From positions 53,506,001-53,570,000 of the forward strand of contig CM060733.1 of NCBI GenBank assembly GCA_030704615.1: a DNA stretch of 64,000 bases. The letters are read 5' to 3'. Of the stretch, positions 63,459 through 64,000 are shown in pieces. Under the pieces are notes generated by a model that had not been told where the DNA came from, did not search any database, and worked only from the letters and a program-made list of their open reading frames with translations. The first letter of the stretch is position 1; each line of letters begins with the position of its first letter. The DNA is from Takakia lepidozioides. Taxonomy: Eukaryota > Plantae > Bryophyta. The position numbers and the translations under genes are program-made.

Positions 63459-64000
63459 ATTTGTTTGCTAGACCTGTTTGGAGGCATGAACACTGGGCTT
63501 GCAGGAGTGTTGCAAGCAGGGATTAAAGTACGCAAGTACTTGTATGTAGAGAAGGATGAAATAGCTCGACGTATTTCTATGCGCCACATCGCCTTGCTCA
63601 CACACCGGTATCCTGGGTTGTTGTCTCTCTCAACAATTCAAGGGTATCAAAAGACTTTGCCAGTAGACATTACCCTACTAGGGGCGGATGATTTGGACCA
63701 GCATGGTTCCATTGACTTGGTGATAGCCGGATGGCCTTGCCAATGACACTCTCCTGTAGGTCATGGGAATGGCTTGCATGATGCACGATCGCATTTGTTT
63801 CGAGAGATGTTGTGAGTGTTGCGGGACTTGCAGACGAGACAAGTGCAACCTCTAGGCTATATGTTGGAGAATGTTCCACTCACGGGGGATTCTCGGGCCA
63901 AGTTTATGGCCAATGTATGTCAGGTGCGGTCTTAGATTAGATCGACAGTGCTATTAGATGCAGCAGCGGTGGGATCACGCGCGCATCGACCTCGATTGTG
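63459..64000 (+). pseudogene. C5 DNA cytosine methyltransferase domain (DNMT3-like), three in-frame stops, truncated by the window edge
   Basis: All motifs are in one frame: motif I ICLLDLFGG, II YVEKD, III DIT, IV DLVIAGWPCQ, VI YMLENV (63858-75), VIII DAAAVGSRAHRPRL. Stops lie at 63744, 63813 and 63933. Confidence 0.9.

Larger units (their letters stand above)
59896..64000 (+). mobile_element. LTR-type (probably Ty3/Gypsy) retroelement carrying a cytosine methyltransferase; runs off the window
   Basis: Candidate LTR at 59896-60752 (TGTT...GACA). gag lies at 60860-62100 (ELDDFIQEFDS, QQRPTESLREAYTRM, CGHCGKYGHEEAH). The protease is inverted at 62911-63458, and the DNMT starts at 63459. Confidence 0.8.

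Noticed and set aside
63465-64000. Host DRM/CMT/MET1 gene or bacterial contamination
   Set aside because: It is intronless, its motif order is not permuted as in DRM, it has no chromodomain insertion, and it is contiguous with gag and protease sequence that shows the same decay.

Overview
A transposon-rich window from a eukaryotic nuclear genome, almost certainly a land plant with flagellated sperm (bryophyte-grade is most likely). There are two apparently intact host genes: a 13-exon EFHC1/RIB72-like axonemal DM10 gene (608-10579, +) and a 3-exon choline-transporter-like gene (17689-23817, +) with a LINE in intron 1. Two decayed PLS-class PPR loci are present; one lies directly behind, and in frame with, a SUMO first exon. 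The rest is a nest of mobile elements: three ordinary Ty3/Gypsy remnants, several LINE remnants, a small non-autonomous CACTA, and a Sola1-like DDD-transposase element marked by about ten copies of a 20-24 bp palindrome. Inside that element sits a complete 13.2-kb CACTA (TIRs and TSD intact) with head-to-head TnpD/TnpA-like genes, an FCP1/NIF-type HAD phosphatase domain and a captured TBL acetyltransferase fragment. The most striking item is at the right edge: an LTR-type retroelement with the order gag - aspartic protease - DNMT3-like C5 cytosine methyltransferase. A 548-bp internal inversion bounded by CAAAT/ATTTG microhomology flips the protease and hides this order. All calls come from motif recognition by eye; no database searches were run.
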